Source: Citricoccus sp. WCRC_4 (GTDB lineage Bacteria > Actinomycetota > Actinomycetes > Actinomycetales > Micrococcaceae). Taken from it: a stretch of 33,106 bases of DNA. How positions within the stretch are numbered: the first letter of the stretch is position 1; each line of letters starts with the position of its first letter. Position numbers and translations under genes: made by a program. Shown here piece by piece: positions 31,065-33,106 of this stretch. Below the pieces are notes generated by a model. That model made no database searches and had not been told where the DNA came from. It was given only the letters and a program-made list of their open reading frames with translations. Where the stretch lies: contig JAPFFX010000197.1 in NCBI GenBank assembly GCA_026645375.1, positions 1-33,106 of the forward strand. The letters are read 5' to 3'.

Positions 31065-33106
31065 TCAGGACCGGTCCGGCACGACCACCTGCAGGTGTGA
31101 GCCCTGGCGGGTCTTGAGGACCTCGAGCCGGTAGCCGATGTCCTGCTTCATCCGCTCCACGTGGCTGACCACCCCGATCGTCCGGCCATCGGCCTGCAGC
31201 CCGTCCAGGACTCGCATGACGTCCTCCAGTGAGGCGGCGTCCAGCGAGCCGAAGCCCTCGTCCACGAACAGGGTGTCCATGTCCACACCGCCGGCCTCCG
31301 CCTGCACGGTGTCCGCCAGGCCGAGCGCCAGGGCCAGGGAGGCCATGAACGTCTCGCCGCCGGACAGGGTCCCGGCAGTCCGTTCGTCCTCCGTGTACCG
31401 GTCGAAGACGGTGATGTCCAGTCCACGCACACCCCTCCCCCGGGCGGCGTCGTCATGCCGTAACTCGTAGCGGCCCTGCGTCATGCCCAGGAGCCGTTCG
31501 GTGGCCGAGGCCACGACCTCCTCGAGGCGTCCGGCCAGGACGTAGCTGCCCAGCGTCATCTTCAGCGAGTTCTCCCCCTGGCCCCGGACCAGCTTCAGCA
31601 ACCCCTTCGCGTCCTCCAGGGCCGCCAGCTGGCCGGCCGAGCGGGCGGCGACCTCGTCCAGGACGCCCACCTGGCGCCGGACCTGCCGCTGGACCGATTC
31701 CAGCCATCCAGCATGTTCGGCGGCGTCCTCCCGCGCCCGCTCGGCCTCCGCGACCCGTTCGGCCTGCTCCTCCAGCTCCTCGTCGGCGGGCGGCTCGGTC
31801 CCCGCGGCGAGCAGTTCCCGGCCGCGGACGACGGCCGCACTGGCCTCCAGCTCCGCCAGCGCGGCCGCTTCGCGGTCCCAGTCCCGGACGCGGCTGGACC
31901 TGGTCCGCTCGTCGTCCTCGCCCAGCAGGGCCGTCCGCACCTCCTCGACCGAGTCGAAGCCGCTGGCCGTGAGCTCCTCGCGCAGGCCGGTCGCGGCCTG
32001 CTGGACCAGGGACCGGGCGGTGGCGGCCCGCCGGGCGGCCTCGATGACCGCGTCCACCAGTCCGCGCGACCGGGTCAGTTCCTGCCGCAGGTCGGCCAGG
32101 CCCTCCCGGCCCTCGAGCAGTCCGGCCAGCTCGGAGCGCAGGCGTCCGGCCTCCTCCGAGGCCGCCTCGAACCGGGAGCGGGCCACCGCGGCCTCCTGCC
32201 GGGCGGTGCCGACGGTGGACTGCCGGGCCTGTTGGTCCCGGTCGTTGTCCTCCAGTGCGGCTCGGGCCGCGGCGAGGTCCCCGGCAGCCCGTTCCGCCAC
32301 GTCCAGGGCGGAACGGGCCCGGGCCACGGCCGCCGTGGCCTCCTCCGGGTCCAGTCCCCCGGCCGCCAGCCGACTGAGCTCCGCCGACTCGCGGGCCCGT
32401 TCGACCGCGTCCTCCGCCGCCCGGCGTCTGGCCGTCTCCTCGTCCATCGCGCGGCGGGCCCGGTCCTGGGCCTCGGCGGAGATCTCGGTGCTGCCGGTGG
32501 CCGCGGGGGCGGGGTGCTCCACCGATCCGCAGACCTGGCAGGGCTCGTCCGGCCGGAGCTCCTCGGCGAGCAGGGATGCCGCACCCGCCAGACGGCGTTC
32601 CACCACCTGGTGCCAGGCATCCACCGCCACCTGGGCGCGGTCCGTGGCGGCCCGCACGGCGTCCTGGGCGGCCTGGAGCCCGGCGCGGTGCTCCTGGTGT
32701 GCCAGCGCAGCCTCCCGGCGGGCGGTGGCCTCGTCCATCGCGGCGCGGGCCGACTCTAGCCCGGCGGCGGGAGCGCCGAGTTCTTCGACCCTCTGCTGGA
32801 GTGCTCCCCGAGCCTCTGCCAGGGCCTGCCGTTGGGCGTCGGCGGTCTCCGCGCGCTCGGTCAGGTCGGTGATGGAGGCCCGCAGGCGCTCGGTCTCGGC
32901 GTCGAGCTCACGCAGGCGCTGGGCGTCCCGTTCCCGGGCGGCCAGTCGGTCGAGTTCGCGGTCAGCACGCTGGCGCAGGGCCTCGAACCGCGCGTCCACG
33001 GTGCAGTCCTCCACCTCGGCCGCCCAGGCACAGCAGTGGCCGTCCTCCAGCGCGGTGGCCTGGACGCCCTCCATGGTGACCACGGCGGAACGGTGGGCGT
33101 CCTCGG
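31065..33106 (-). CDS. sbcC: SbcC/Rad50-like SMC ATPase, C-terminal part (5'-truncated by window edge)
   Basis: Coiled coil, zinc-hook PCQVCGS.EHP.PA, signature LSGGETF, Walker B LFVDEGFGSLD, GVVSHV; frame stays open to the window end. Confidence 0.92.
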   Translation of the reverse strand, partial: EDAHRSAVVTMEGVQATALEDGHCCAWAAEVEDCTVDARFEALRQRADRELDRLAARERDAQRLRELDAETERLRASITDLTERAETADAQRQALAEARGALQQRVEELGAPAAGLESARAAMDEATARREAALAHQEHRAGLQAAQDAVRAATDRAQVAVDAWHQVVERRLAGAASLLAEELRPDEPCQVCGSVEHPAPAATGSTEISAEAQDRARRAMDEETARRRAAEDAVERARESAELSRLAAGGLDPEEATAAVARARSALDVAERAAGDLAAARAALEDNDRDQQARQSTVGTARQEAAVARSRFEAASEEAGRLRSELAGLLEGREGLADLRQELTRSRGLVDAVIEAARRAATARSLVQQAATGLREELTASGFDSVEEVRTALLGEDDERTRSSRVRDWDREAAALAELEASAAVVRGRELLAAGTEPPADEELEEQAERVAEAERAREDAAEHAGWLESVQRQVRRQVGVLDEVAARSAGQLAALEDAKGLLKLVRGQGENSLKMTLGSYVLAGRLEEVVASATERLLGMTQGRYELRHDDAARGRGVRGLDITVFDRYTEDERTAGTLSGGETFMASLALALGLADTVQAEAGGVDMDTLFVDEGFGSLDAASLEDVMRVLDGLQADGRTIGVVSHVERMKQDIGYRLEVLKTRQGSHLQVVVPDRS

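Noticed and set aside
31065-33106. SMC-like ATPase as part of a defence system (Wadjet/Lamassu)
   Set aside because: The zinc-hook and C-terminal motifs match ordinary actinobacterial SbcC, and no defence effector lies downstream. The upstream context is outside the window.

Overview
A very GC-rich actinobacterial chromosomal segment. Gene order and protein sequences suggest Micrococcaceae (Citricoccus/Micrococcus/Arthrobacter-like), which is an inference. From left to right it holds: the 3' part of a UDP-glucose dehydrogenase; a minus-strand, translationally coupled trio of two dynamin-like GTPases plus thiL; a tRNA-Gln/tRNA-Glu operon; the conserved block ilvD / ilvB-ilvN-ilvC-serA-metG-leuB-ilvE-FAH-gltX; a hypothetical gene; tRNA-Lys; an M23 peptidase; bcp; tRNA-Leu; an orphan Tat-lipoprotein solute-binding protein; mqo; an orphan RND permease; a transglutaminase-like gene; and the 3' part of sbcC. 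I saw no mobile element, CRISPR array or rRNA. Most of the window is housekeeping. The best candidate for an under-characterised system is the paired dynamin-like GTPase-thiL operon. The richest unannotated signals are regulatory: a complete ilvB leader-peptide attenuator, palindromic IclR-type operators before leuB and ilvB, and many apparently leaderless genes. There are also two 14-bp duplication scars at the ugd/thiL junction.
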